Of a stretch of 64,000 nt of DNA, positions 47,415 through 59,286 are shown one piece after another. Where the stretch lies: positions 2,356,001 to 2,420,000 of the forward strand of contig CM120643.1 of assembly GCA_051362555.1 (NCBI GenBank), written 5' to 3'. The notes beneath the pieces were generated by a model. The model made no database searches. It saw nothing but the letters and a program-made list of their open reading frames with translations, and was not told the origin of the DNA. Each line of letters opens with the position of its first letter. The first letter of the stretch is position 1. Source of the stretch: Lingula anatina (lineage: Eukaryota > Animalia > Brachiopoda). The position numbers were made by a program, and so were the translations under genes.

Positions 47415-49838
47415 ATGATGAAGCGCCGGGTTTCGATGGCAAAACAATTTGGCATTTCGACGCTACTGCTCCTGTTCTTTTGCCAAGGATATGCTGAATC
47501 GGTTTTCGAGGGTTACTGGAAAAATATCCAGACGAGCTTTTATGGGTCATTACCAGAGCCAGAATGGGGTAACTGCACACCTTCCGATTATCTGAAGTGT
47601 ACACAAATAAGAACAAACGAATCGGCGACAACTGCAAAGATTCGCACTTATTATTTCAACGGAACTAATTACGATCACGCTGCTCAAATATCGGACTATA
47701 TCCGTTACGTTGGCCGGCCGCTTATTTATTGCATTGGGTTGATTTGCAATACACTTACAATATGTGTTTTTGCCAGAAAAGAACTTCGCCGTGTAGTGAC
47801 CTGTCAGTTTTTGATCGCCGTAGCGGTGGCGGACATACTGATCTTGATAAATGGAATTTTTTACTGGATTGAATACGAGCTCTTAATTTCTGTGATGACT
47901 CTTGATAAACATATATGTAAAATAACTGTATTCACGGTGTATTGCGGACCTGAAATTAGCGCGATTACTTTGATTGTCATGAGCATCGAGAGACTTATGA
48001 GAGTCATTGACGCCCCAGCCCATTACAGGTGGTTCTCAATTAAGAAGACGCGTTTGTATATCGTGGTAATTGTCTTGGCTATGGTGTTCTTGAATATTTA
48101 CGTATTCTTCACCGAAATACGCTTTGACGAATGCTGTAAGAAGGTTTGCTGGAATATATACCACGATAGCATCGATATACTGGCACTCCACGATGAAAGA
48201 TGCAATAACTGCACTTCTGACTGTGATGACTGTGGTAGTGGTAAGTACTTAGGTTCGAGTGCGTATTGGAAGGTTTATGTATACAGTAGATGCAATCTAG
48301 CAAAAGATAAACAGAGACGAATTATATACAACAATGGCCAATAAATCTTAAATTCGTCATGAATTTAATTACATAAAAGCAATAGCATCTTTACTTTTTC
48401 AATTTATTCAATAATCTGGAGACTAACTCGTTTTTTCAATACCGTATCCACCCCACGGTCCACACCCCGTTTTTTCAAAGCAAATATTAAAGGAATAACA
48501 ACTGTCCGTATGAGCTTCATATTTCATAAAAAATACATTTTAAACAAATCTAAGAAATATGATAAACTCCATTTTACCACGTGCACCCAAACAGCAGTTA
48601 CCGCAATTATTCTGGAATCTGTGCTTGCCAACAGAACACGTGGACCTTCGTAGATAGCAATACAGGGTACCTCCTTAATAATTTCTTAAGAGGTTAGTGC
48701 AAAAAAAAAAGGTTTAAGAAAAAAAATTCATCGACTAATTAAGGATGTCGGAATGGATTCATTTTCCATAGGTAAGTATGGGAAATTGTCATTTACCCCA
48801 GGACAATCCGTTTTTTTTTTTTTTTTTTTTTCAAAACGAAAACGAACAGTTGTTATCCGTTTAAAATCATCCCCTCCTCTGTCTCGAAATTAAGCAGAAC
48901 CATTGACCATTGAAACAGCAATAAAAATGGCCAAATTGGAAATATGAAATAGTATTACGGTAGAGTAATTATCGGGAAATATGTCCTTGTAAAATTGCAT
49001 ATTCCACCAAAAAATAGTGGATATTTCAGTCACAAATTACGATATTAGTATAACTGTTTTATGTCACTTTAAATGCTACTGATTCTTTTCCATTTCGGAG
49101 GGTGGCCTACTATAGTAAATGTAAGCTTCTACAGCGAAAAAATGCTGGGACAAATGAGCAAATATTGTACAAAGTGAGTGCGTGTCTGACCTTGTTATGA
49201 CCTCGATTTAAATTTCAGGCGTACGAGGGATGTTGGAGTTCTACAAGGTCTACAAGTGGGTAGCATTTGTGATATACTGGGCCTTACCGTTCTGCAGCCT
49301 TCCTGTTATCAACGGTTGGTTAGTGTACGAAATATACTTAGCAAGGAAACGATCGCGAGGAACTGAACAAGAGAACAGCTTGCCCATCCATTTCTCCGGG
49401 TCTAGTGATGATGGTGACTCAGAAGGTGAAGAGGAAAGGAAAAAAGCGGAAAAAGAAGTCACCATAATGTTGATCCTGGTCACGGCATCGTATTGTATTT
49501 TGACAACGGGGTTTAATTTTATACAGATTGGAGTCATTGACGTTTACGGCGCTGAGAGTGAGGCAGATCTAATTAAGAATTCTTACGTGTTTTCTGTTTT
49601 CATTCTTCTTTTTTACTTGAATCATGCATCAAATTTTTTTCTCTACTGCATTAGTGTCAGGCCTTACCGCGAGGAATTGAAATGTATGTTGAAGCCTTTC
49701 TACGAGTGCATCACGAAGCCTTTTCGTAAAATTTCATGCGGCATCTGTAGACGGAACGATGAAGCTGAAAACGACACAGACGAAACCCCTATTCAAATGA
49801 GCGAAAGTAGCAGAAGTTCCTATGGGGCGTGTGATTAG
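47415..49838 (+). CDS. Class A peptide-type GPCR (FMRFamide/sex-peptide receptor-like), 2 exons: 47415-48240, 49219-49838 (~481 aa)
   Basis: TM1 GLICN, TM2 LIAVAVAD, TM3 C..SIERL, TM5 WALPF, TM6, TM7 NHASNFFLY; phase-1 GTAAGT..TTTCAG intron joins CGS-GVRGMLEF in frame. Confidence 0.88.
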
Positions 49839-51925
49839 GCGAAATAGTGATCACCTGTTGTAAAAGCTGAATAAGTAGTAAATATAAGGATAGGTGATGG
49901 GAATAGTTTCATTTAATAATAATAATAATAAAAATAATAATAATAATAATATTTATTTCCTAAAACTGCGCTACTAAATTATCAGAATAACCAGTAATTA
50001 TATAAATAATAAAATTTGAAGTGAATAAAACAATTTTTAACTTAAAGATTGATTTACATGTTTAAAAATTGATTAATGCTGGTTATAATAGTTACAGTCT
50101 ACATAATAAAACTTATTAAAATTAATTGAAGTGCTGTGCAAATAGAAATGTTTTCATGTCTATTATTTTGTATTTTGAACAATTCCTATAAATATGCGGC
50201 CCTGTAACAATTTTGAATCACGTACGTATCCTAATCATACACGACCAAAATAACACAATGTTACATAGATTCAGAACTATGTATAGCCTTCTCACAAAAA
50301 CATGTATGACTGATATGCGAACTGTTTGTATCTTAATATTCGGGTTACGAAGATTAATAACTGATTGCAAAGACACTCGGACTTTGAACTTTAAATACAG
50401 TAGAGCGCGTGACTCTATCAGAAAAAATTAATGTTTAACCTGATTAATGACGTACATGTACGCATACCATGAATAAACCACTATGTCACCTAATTTCAAT
50501 TTTTCTGATATTTTTCTTATTTATATATCAATCTATCACTCTGCATATTGTAAATAAATATAACCGGTTAAAAAAGTTAAAATGCTGCGATTTCTTCTTT
50601 TTTTCCCCCAGTTGCGAAGCACAACGAATCTTCCCCGTTTGTCCCCGCCCACCGTTGCTAACGGAGGAGTGGAGATAGTGTCACGTGACGTTATAAATTT
50701 TCAGACACGAGCCCAGATAAAAGATGTATATTTTATAGATATTCACCGAATAAATTATCATGTTTATCAGTTTAACTGTTGTAAGTTTTAATCACGTCCG
50801 TGCCTGTCGGTCTTTGAGTTAATGGAATCTCGGAGTAATGTAGTCAGCAAAAGGCGGGATATATGTAGGAAATCTCAGCAGGACTAATATCTTCGATGGA
50901 AATATATGTAATAGCAACGAACCTTGGGCCCTCACTTGACTTTAAAACCAGTGTAGCTAACGGGACAGAGCGCAATTTGAGGTCATGCACTGCTGAATTT
51001 TCTTTGAACTCTCTATCGATGAAAATTGTGGATTCTATAGCGAAAAGGAAAAAGTATTTGACCAAAGGCATTTACTACTGCACATTTCCCAGGTCCAGAG
51101 AAATGACATCTTTGAACGTATTGCCGAAGCTTCCCGCCTTGCCCAATACAACAAGAGTTCTACCATCACCAGCCGTGTTCCACCACCACCAGAGAGGTCC
51201 AGACTGCTGTCCGTCAGCTTTCCAAGCACGCTTTCATGAGGACACAAAGGCCATCACTAAGTGCAGGCATTAAAACAGATCTTTTAGGACTAAAATCCAT
51301 ATTAACCACCCAAACCCACAAAATAGCCAGGACTACCAGAGCGGACGAATGCTATTGCTAGGTATCGCTTTATTAGTGCTAAATAATTGTAAGGTGTGTT
51401 GGTTAATTCTGTGGGTAGTGTTAGTTAACGCATAATCCGTTTTTAAGGCCTGAAGTACACCAGTTCCAAGTAAATCAACAAGTCATTATCGAAATACAAA
51501 AACGGTCCTTTTCAGGACCAACCCTATCTTTCCAGAAATGTTTGCGGCCTGGTCGTATAAACACTGTATAAATGAGCCCCTAAGAACCCACAGTTTCTCA
51601 TGGGTTTGTTTTACGTTTTATTTTAATGAAAAGTATATAATCATCCGAACTGGGAATGAATGAAGACATTGGCTGCTCTCCATAAACGTTATTTGCTTCT
51701 TCCATCTCCAGTCCCCAAACCACAGAAAGTGAGCAGAAAACACCTGTGCAACATTCTTTACCGAAAAACAAGGTACCAAACCTCTAGTATTTCTTTACGT
51801 TTACTACTATATTCTAAATAAAAATAAAATGACCTTGTCAAGTCGCAGAATTTTTCTGACCCTCGGTTAGTCTTCAGGGGTATATTTTCCAAATTTCAGC
51901 GACATTTGGTCAAAATAGAAACCCT

Positions 51926-52210
51926 TAAGGGATAATAACTCTTTGTATGCGATCTATATTTCACAATAAAAGTATATTCAGTTATACTAAAAAACGGCAG
52001 TTATAGCTATTATTCTGATATCTGAGCTTGTCATTAGACCACGTGTTCTCCATTGATGGCTATACTCTGTTAAAATCTCTTAAGAAAAAAACCAGGGACT
52101 AACTTTGAATGTAAAGATGGATTGATTAACCATTGGTAAGTATGGGGAAATTGTTGTTACTCCAGAAAAATCCATTTTTTGGCCGAAACGAAGAGTTATT
52201 ATCCCTTTAA
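51926..52210. mobile_element. TTAA-flanked MITE (Kolobok-like); related copy at 61022-61360 (inverted) and a more diverged one at ~48488-48863
   Basis: ttaagggataataactc ... gagttattatccctttaa; shared internal acggcagttatagctattattctgatatctgagcttgtc. Confidence 0.65.
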
Positions 52211-53289
52211 CCTCAGTTCCAGTTGTTGTCGAAAAAATAAGAAAAAACTGGGGCAAAGGGAATGTCCAATTCCATATCCCAAAGCATCCATATTACACAA
52301 CATGGAGAACATCAAACTCATTGTGATCTCATTTCTCAACCGTCACACTAAGCATTTACTGTTAAAAGTTCTGTTAAAAATCAATGCATATAAAACATGT
52401 AAAATCTACGGCAAAACACACAACGACAATTAACTGACATCCATTTTATTTTGAGAGCGTTCATTTAAACAAACTCAAGGACTTTGTTTATAATGCTTTT
52501 GACACGCTTATTCAAGTACTTTTCAATGACTTTGAATGCAAATCAGGGCATTATTATACAGCAGTTGTACAGGGGTGGATCCAGGAATATTTGAAGGGGG
52601 GGGGGTTGCAGATGTGAAGCCGCCCTGTCGCCCCCCCCCCTCGTTGGCGTGGGGTTTGGGGCCCGCTGAAGGGTCCCGAAATTTTTTGGCATTTTAGAGG
52701 ACGAACGAAGCCATTTGGTGCGGTTTTGAAAGTTCTATAAATCAGCTAGTCCAAATTATAATTCCATAAATAAGTGGGGAAAATTAGTGTGATTTTTTCA
52801 GAGACTGAAGGGGGGGGTCAGGACCCACCTGACTCCGCCCCCCCCCCCCTAGATCCGCCACTGGTTGTACCTGAACCAGGCTGAATAAGTTGCCCCTAGA
52901 GCTTCTGAGCGCTCTTTTTTGTTCATGCAGTGTAACGTTTTGTACGTTTTTTCTGTCGGAATCGATCATTTTACAAGAAGCATTTTCTTCTGTCGGAATC
53001 ATTACAAGAAGTATCTTTTTTCTGTTGGAATCACTACAAAAGGTACCTTTACCAATAACGTATATATGTGGAAAACACTGACAATTTTTTTAAATAAAAA
53101 TCAGTTTAGTTATCTACATACTTCTATAGCATTCCATACATATACGGCCATAAAATGCCATTTCAGAGGGCTGCGCTTTTAATTCTATTGAGTATGATGT
53201 CAAAGCTAACCATATGCAAAATTTGGTACTTTTATCCTCCGTGTCACAATTTGGCCATTTTCTTTCAATGCGTGGTTACTAGAGAATGG

Positions 53290-53702
53290 GGTGATTCCTA
53301 TTACTATTAGCAATGGAACACCTGGGGAGGAAAGGAAGAAATTAACAAACGTTGTAAAAACTGCAAGCAGGATTATCGTGCAGGATCTCCCCAAGCTGGA
53401 TGATATTTTTAAAGAAAGAATGGAGAAAAGAATTGTCAACACCATGAAATACTCTTTCCATCCTGCATCATATCTTTTTACGTTTTTACCAAGCAACAGT
53501 AGACTTTTAACTTTTAAAGGCAGTAAACGCTTTTTAAACAGCTTTTATCCAAGTGCAATGATGCATTTTAATTTGATCTCAAAACTAAATTCTTAATTTA
53601 TTTATTTATTGTATTATTTTATTATTTTACTCTGTATATTGCTCCAAAAGGAAATGATTTCCGATTTTTATAATTGGCTAAATAAACTCTTATCTTATCT
53701 TA
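53290..53702 (+). mobile_element. L2-clade LINE 3' fragment with (TCTTA)n tail
   Basis: ERKKLTNVVKTASRII..HPASYLFTFLPS..RFLNSFYP, then AATAAA and tcttatcttatctta. Confidence 0.6.
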
Positions 53703-55812
53703 ATGCTAACAACGGCTACTGCTGACATTGACTTAAAAGAACATAAAGAAAAATAATTTTTCTTTCCACTCGCTCCATTTTTATGTTTAACATCATCAAA
53801 ACAATTATATAGCAAAAAATAAAAAGAACTATCAACTGGTAATAAAGCCTCAAACAGTAAACGTTTTTTTTTTAACTCTAACCCCCCCCCCCCGGGGTTA
53901 AGAGCAGCTGCCCGTGGGTTAGATTTCATTGCAGCAAGGATGTGTCGACACAGAGTTCGTACTATGATTTCAAATCCAACTTCAGCTATAAGTCAGGATT
54001 TTGCGGAATACAAAACTGATGTTTAAATGATTATCCTAATAAAGTAACATCACAAAGTGAAAATGTGACTCAGACATTTCATGGCTGTTCCGGGAGAATT
54101 AAGGTCCGCTTTCTCAGCTGGCTCAAGTGATGATGGTATTAACTAGGACATCCGGTTTCGTATGTCCTAGATTCAAAAGAGGAAGTCTAAGAGTAAAAGC
54201 AATTATTATATGCTGTATTTCTGTTACCATGGCACTAAATTATCACTTCTATATCTCCACAAACGTGGTTCTGATTTACGAAATATTGCATGCAGCTTCT
54301 AATATCTTTCATAGGGACCTTAAACACACTTTATTTCAATAAGATGTGTTCACCCACTTTACTACTTTTGCCTGACTCTCTCGTGGACATGCAAATAAAT
54401 GCATATAAAGATGACACAAACTTAAGAATTGTCGAACTGTATAAGACAACATATATTGTCCATTTTGATTAAATCTTTTTATCTTATTGCAAAGAAATTC
54501 AAATTTGGCCGACTTCTTAATCTACATGTACATGTAGGTTCTATTTATTTCAACCAACTGATTGGACGACAACGCAGACGGCAATGTAACAAAAAAAGAA
54601 TACACAGGGGCGGATTCAGGATTATTTGAAGGGGGGTCCGCGGATGCTAAGCCCCCCCCCCCCCCCCCAACTTTGCGTGGGTTTCGGGGCCCGCTTAAGG
54701 GCCCTGAAAATTTTTGGTACTATAGAGATCGCATGGTGCCATTGGTACGGTTTTGAACTATGATTCAGCTAGTCAAAATTCTAATTTCAAAAGGGGACCA
54801 GAAATCGAAAGGGGGGGGGGTGATCGGAATCACCCTGACCCCCCTTTAAATCCGCCACTGAATATACACATTTAATTATAGACAAAGTTTTAGTGAGCCG
54901 GCCGTGTCCATGGCGACCGGAAGTTGTTTTGACCCCCCTTTTTTCTGGTTATTAGGCTTGGTGGTCAAATTATCACAGTGATAAAGATCATCCCTTTTGT
55001 GTAACTTCTCTATCAACACCCTTTGGCAGAATGATACACTATTTATGTCTCCTTGATCTAAGCTGATGTAAGAAATAGGATATGTCATTTAAAAGATTGG
55101 AACAAACTCAAGTGTGATGTTCGAAATTTGGCCGATGATGGTCGCATTTATTGGAAGTCCCATTAATAAAAAGAAATAAAGCATATTAATAATAAACATT
55201 GAATAATGTTGATAAATGATATAAACATTATGTGGGCAGAATGATACACTATTATATAAGTGCGTACATTAAATCCAGGAAACTTGAGAACGTCAACTTC
55301 ATCAGTACTCAGTATATATAGAATTTGCATTACATGTACAACCTTTGCAGATGATATACAAGCTCAAAGACATATAAATGCTGTTTTCATTTATTCGCTA
55401 ATTTTGATAAACCTCCCTAAGAAGATATCCCTAGGTTATTGAATCTTTTTTGAAGTATATACAGTGTAATGTACTCGGGGATCGTTATGAGTGTCACTAC
55501 TAGGCTCCACTATGAGACCAAGAGGTGTAAGTTAAAAATGCTCAAAAGATGTCCTCATCTACAATGAGTTTCTCACATACATTATAAGTTTATTATCATT
55601 GGCGAGTGTTATATATTGTATAAAAGTAACGAGCACTTTACTAAGTGGGTCAGCAACGAAAGTTAATCGATTGCCTTTACTAATATATAACGCTCATCAC
55701 CTTATTCACGGTAGCAGTCATCAGCAGTTTGGCATAACAACAGTTTTCAAATAAAAAAAGAACGAAGGGAAATAAAACAAAGGCACCATGTTCAGACACA
55801 TAAAACAACCAA

Positions 55813-58539
55813 TCAATTATCTTTTGGCCTGGTATCCAACAAGGCCAGCTTCAGTCTTTTCCAGAAAATGTCCCTTTTGCGCAGCCGCAGATCTGGCCAA
55901 TAAAGACATTGGCAATGTCGTATCATAATCCCCATTGGCTGCGGTAGTTGGGTTTTATCAAAACGTTCTTCAAATATGAAAATAACCGAGCGAATGTTTC
56001 CTTCAGAGAGCTTGGTCTTGGCCAAATTCAGTTCAAAATCACAATCATCGCTTTCCAGAAAGTTTTGAGTAATCCAGAAAATGACACTGTAACTGCAATC
56101 CATGGCTCCTTCAACACTTTCTACAATAGAGTTGCCGGGAAGGAAATTGCGCTCATGGATACAAAGACGAAAATTGAACTGCTCGTCATTTTCCAGATTT
56201 GGGATCAGCTCGGCAACAACCCAGGCCGTATCCAGTAAACTATAAGATACAAACGCGTCAAATATCTTCTCAAGGTTGACGTCAGCATCTTGTGGTTTCT
56301 TAGTACAACATTGCCACCCGAACCTGACGACCAAAGCGAATCTAATGTCCCATCTTGCATAGTAAGCAATACCAGCTATAAAACACATGAATAGTACCAC
56401 CCCAAGGATACTGACCGCCACCTTCGTCGTGTTGTTATCACATTGCCACCAGTCAGGTTTGAATTCAGTGATTAGAATTCTCTTTGATGTAGTAGTACCA
56501 AAGCAAAACTCTTTCGAGTCCTTTTTGACAAATCTCTGAAAATATTGCTGAAACTGCCGTATATTGCAACCACAAATAAACTTATTATTACCCATTTTAA
56601 GTACACGTAACGATACTAAACCATCGAAGGCGCCATCTTGGATGTTGGATATGAAATTAGAGAAGAGCGCCAAGGTGTGGAGTTGATGCAAGTTTCTGAA
56701 TAGACCCTTAGGAATAGTCCGCAGTTTGTTTCTTGACAGAGATAGACTTCCAAGGCGCACCATAGAGTCAAACATTCCCACTGGTAGTTCCGATAACAAG
56801 TTACCACTTAAATCTAAATATGTTACATTCTGAAGGGATTGAAACATAACAAGGAGTATAGAGACATTTGTAAGTGACAATTTGTTGTCATTCATTCGTA
56901 AAGTTTGTAGATTTGGCATTCCTTTGAAGTAATCTGCGCTCTGTATATCACAATGTAAGTATGCATTGTTTCTGGACAGGTCTAAGCTCTGTATTTGTTG
57001 TAAATCCTGAAATTTTAGCTTTTTCAAATTGACGCCGGTATTCTGTAGCATATTGAATCCCTTGAGGGTAAGCTGTTCCAAGGACGACAAATTTTTAAAG
57101 ACAAACTTTTGAATTTTCTGTGGTTTACTAGGCCCATATTCCAAGATCCTTATTCTTGAATGATCCTTCAAGTAATAACTTATTTTCTCAAGCGACGCAA
57201 AGCGAGAATACCACTTGTTCATAAAACGGAGCTCTTTTAGGTATGGAAATGCGTTTAGTGTATCAATAAGAATGTCTGTATTCAAATTATTAAAACTTAA
57301 ATCTATCTTTTTAAAACTGTTTCTGGGGGCCTTTAAAGCTGCTACTAGCTGAGACTGTCGAATCTCACAATGATCTAAATATAACTCGGTTAGATCGGTC
57401 AAGAATTGAAAAGTTAATGGTTGCATACCCCCTAAATGATTCTTTCCTATATCTAATTTTCTTAGAGATGCATTTTGAAGGTGAAAGAATGAAATCGGAT
57501 CTAGTTTATGAAAGAACAAGCCTATACGTCGCGCATTCAAGGTAGAAATTCTACTCTTCCTTAAACTGTAGGTTAAATTCTGAAATGCTTTGCAGCTAAC
57601 TGGCCCGACTGGATGAGTAGAATGCACCAGTGTAGTTTTGCAAAGAGGATTAAAGGAAATAGATAGTTCCCCGATATTCCATATATCTGTAAAAGTGTTG
57701 TCACATATCTGTGTTATTTTGTTCCGTCCCACACCCAGACTGAGTTGGCCAAACACTGACAGTGGTTGTAAATCTGCTCTACATAAATTAGAAATTCGAT
57801 TGTAAGACAAATCCAGGTCAAGTTTTTTGCGAAAGGGGCTTTTTGAAATATTTAAGCGAATAGTGTGTATCTGATTAATTTTAAGACTGATGGTCCTGAT
57901 TCTTGGGCTGGAGAAAATAGCCTCTGGAACATTCTGGAATTTGTTGTTTGAAAGAATAACTTCTTTTAATTCAATATTTGTGTCAAAAACACCTTCCGCA
58001 ATACATTGTAACCCAACATTCCTCAAATCAATGTGGCTCAACCGTTGCAAATTTTCAAAGAGAGGTGATGTAAGTGACAATCCAAAAATATCTTTATTAT
58101 AAGACAGATTGATACTCCTGAGAGACTTCAGCGGTTTAAAGATTTGTTCAGGTGGATGTCGTAGATGGTTGCTGCTCAAATCCAAAATTTTCAGAAGGTC
58201 GAGACCGTAAAACGCGTCCTTATTCAGGTATGATATATTGCACGATTGAAGTAGCAAGCTTCTCAGCTTCGACAGGAACTGAAACTGTTTATCATGTATG
58301 AGCCTGAAATCATTATATGAGAAATCAGCAGTAGTTGCTGTTATCGGGAGATCGACTGGAATCGCTCGTAGATGTCGTTGCCTGCAGTTCACAAGTGTAT
58401 CGTTTTTTGGTCCATACTCCACGTGGATGACACACTTGTGGGTTGCAATTGCTGTCGTGGACAACATGGCCGCCCAAAGGGAAACCAAAATACATGTGCG
58501 TATGAGTAAGTATCTCGTGTGAAGACTGAGTCTAGTCAT
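55813..58539 (-). CDS. Toll-like receptor (single cysteine cluster type), single-exon CDS
   Basis: Signal peptide MTRLSL..AIA, LRRNT (VNCRQRHLRAIP..LP), about 20 LRRs, LRRCT NKFICGC, TM VAVSILGVVLF.., TIR FDAFVSYS..WV, LCIHERNFLPG, FW.RL. Confidence 0.95.
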   Translation of the reverse strand: MTRLSLHTRYLLIRTCILVSLWAAMLSTTAIATHKCVIHVEYGPKNDTLVNCRQRHLRAIPVDLPITATTADFSYNDFRLIHDKQFQFLSKLRSLLLQSCNISYLNKDAFYGLDLLKILDLSSNHLRHPPEQIFKPLKSLRSINLSYNKDIFGLSLTSPLFENLQRLSHIDLRNVGLQCIAEGVFDTNIELKEVILSNNKFQNVPEAIFSSPRIRTISLKINQIHTIRLNISKSPFRKKLDLDLSYNRISNLCRADLQPLSVFGQLSLGVGRNKITQICDNTFTDIWNIGELSISFNPLCKTTLVHSTHPVGPVSCKAFQNLTYSLRKSRISTLNARRIGLFFHKLDPISFFHLQNASLRKLDIGKNHLGGMQPLTFQFLTDLTELYLDHCEIRQSQLVAALKAPRNSFKKIDLSFNNLNTDILIDTLNAFPYLKELRFMNKWYSRFASLEKISYYLKDHSRIRILEYGPSKPQKIQKFVFKNLSSLEQLTLKGFNMLQNTGVNLKKLKFQDLQQIQSLDLSRNNAYLHCDIQSADYFKGMPNLQTLRMNDNKLSLTNVSILLVMFQSLQNVTYLDLSGNLLSELPVGMFDSMVRLGSLSLSRNKLRTIPKGLFRNLHQLHTLALFSNFISNIQDGAFDGLVSLRVLKMGNNKFICGCNIRQFQQYFQRFVKKDSKEFCFGTTTSKRILITEFKPDWWQCDNNTTKVAVSILGVVLFMCFIAGIAYYARWDIRFALVVRFGWQCCTKKPQDADVNLEKIFDAFVSYSLLDTAWVVAELIPNLENDEQFNFRLCIHERNFLPGNSIVESVEGAMDCSYSVIFWITQNFLESDDCDFELNLAKTKLSEGNIRSVIFIFEERFDKTQLPQPMGIMIRHCQCLYWPDLRLRKRDIFWKRLKLALLDTRPKDN

Positions 58540-59250
58540 TGTTATACTGAAAGTGAAACAAACATGCCTAAGTAAACGTTTTACGTTTTCCACTTTTGCT
58601 TTAATTTCTAGATAATATATCAGAAGTAATATTTTCAAATAATGTTTTAGTAGATTTAAATGCAGCACAACAGAGCTACGTTTGCCAAAAATCAAAAGGG
58701 AGAGAGAAAATCAACAAAAACTTATCGTTCTTCTATGAAGGATATATGAAAAAGAGCGAGTTGTTCTTCCTGTCGTAACTTAACAACTGGTTTGATCAGT
58801 AATTCCAAATGAAATATTCAAGCCAAAAATATATAAATAAGACTTACCTCAGTCGATTTTCTCACAAACTGTCCAAAACTGTTTTGTTGGGAGCGAAAAT
58901 GATTCTCAGTTTAGTGCTACAAATGCTTTTAAAGTAACTTCCATTTCCTATCCTCTTTTATCATGTGACAGCAGGGGTATACTATGAAATTGGACGCGCT
59001 GTGTTTTGGATTCAACTGAATTTCCGCCCACATTACTATTGCCAAATGTTCTTTCTACCCTGAGTTTTAACTTGAAACAAACTTCCGCACTTGAAACGGC
59101 AAGGGTTGCTTTGGTGTAGAGGTTTGTTTCAAGTTATCTCTGAAGCTCGGGGTGGTTCTCTCCCGATAAGATAAACAATTTTTTCGCATTCACTTACATG
59201 TAAATGTTTCTCCAGCAGGACACGACTACGGCAGCGATATTCACTATTCA

Positions 59251-59286
59251 GTGGTACCATGGAACCATACAGTGCCATGGTGGTAC
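59251..59286. mobile_element. Second probable P-superfamily footprint, upstream of the TLR
   Basis: GTGGTAC-CATGGAACCATACAGTGCCATG-GTGGTAC: CA..TG core with 7-bp direct repeat. Confidence 0.55.

Noticed and set aside
58540-58695. 52-aa N-terminal extension of the TLR ORF
   Set aside because: Non-ATG start in intron-like sequence with a TTTCAG acceptor just before the signal-peptide ATG.
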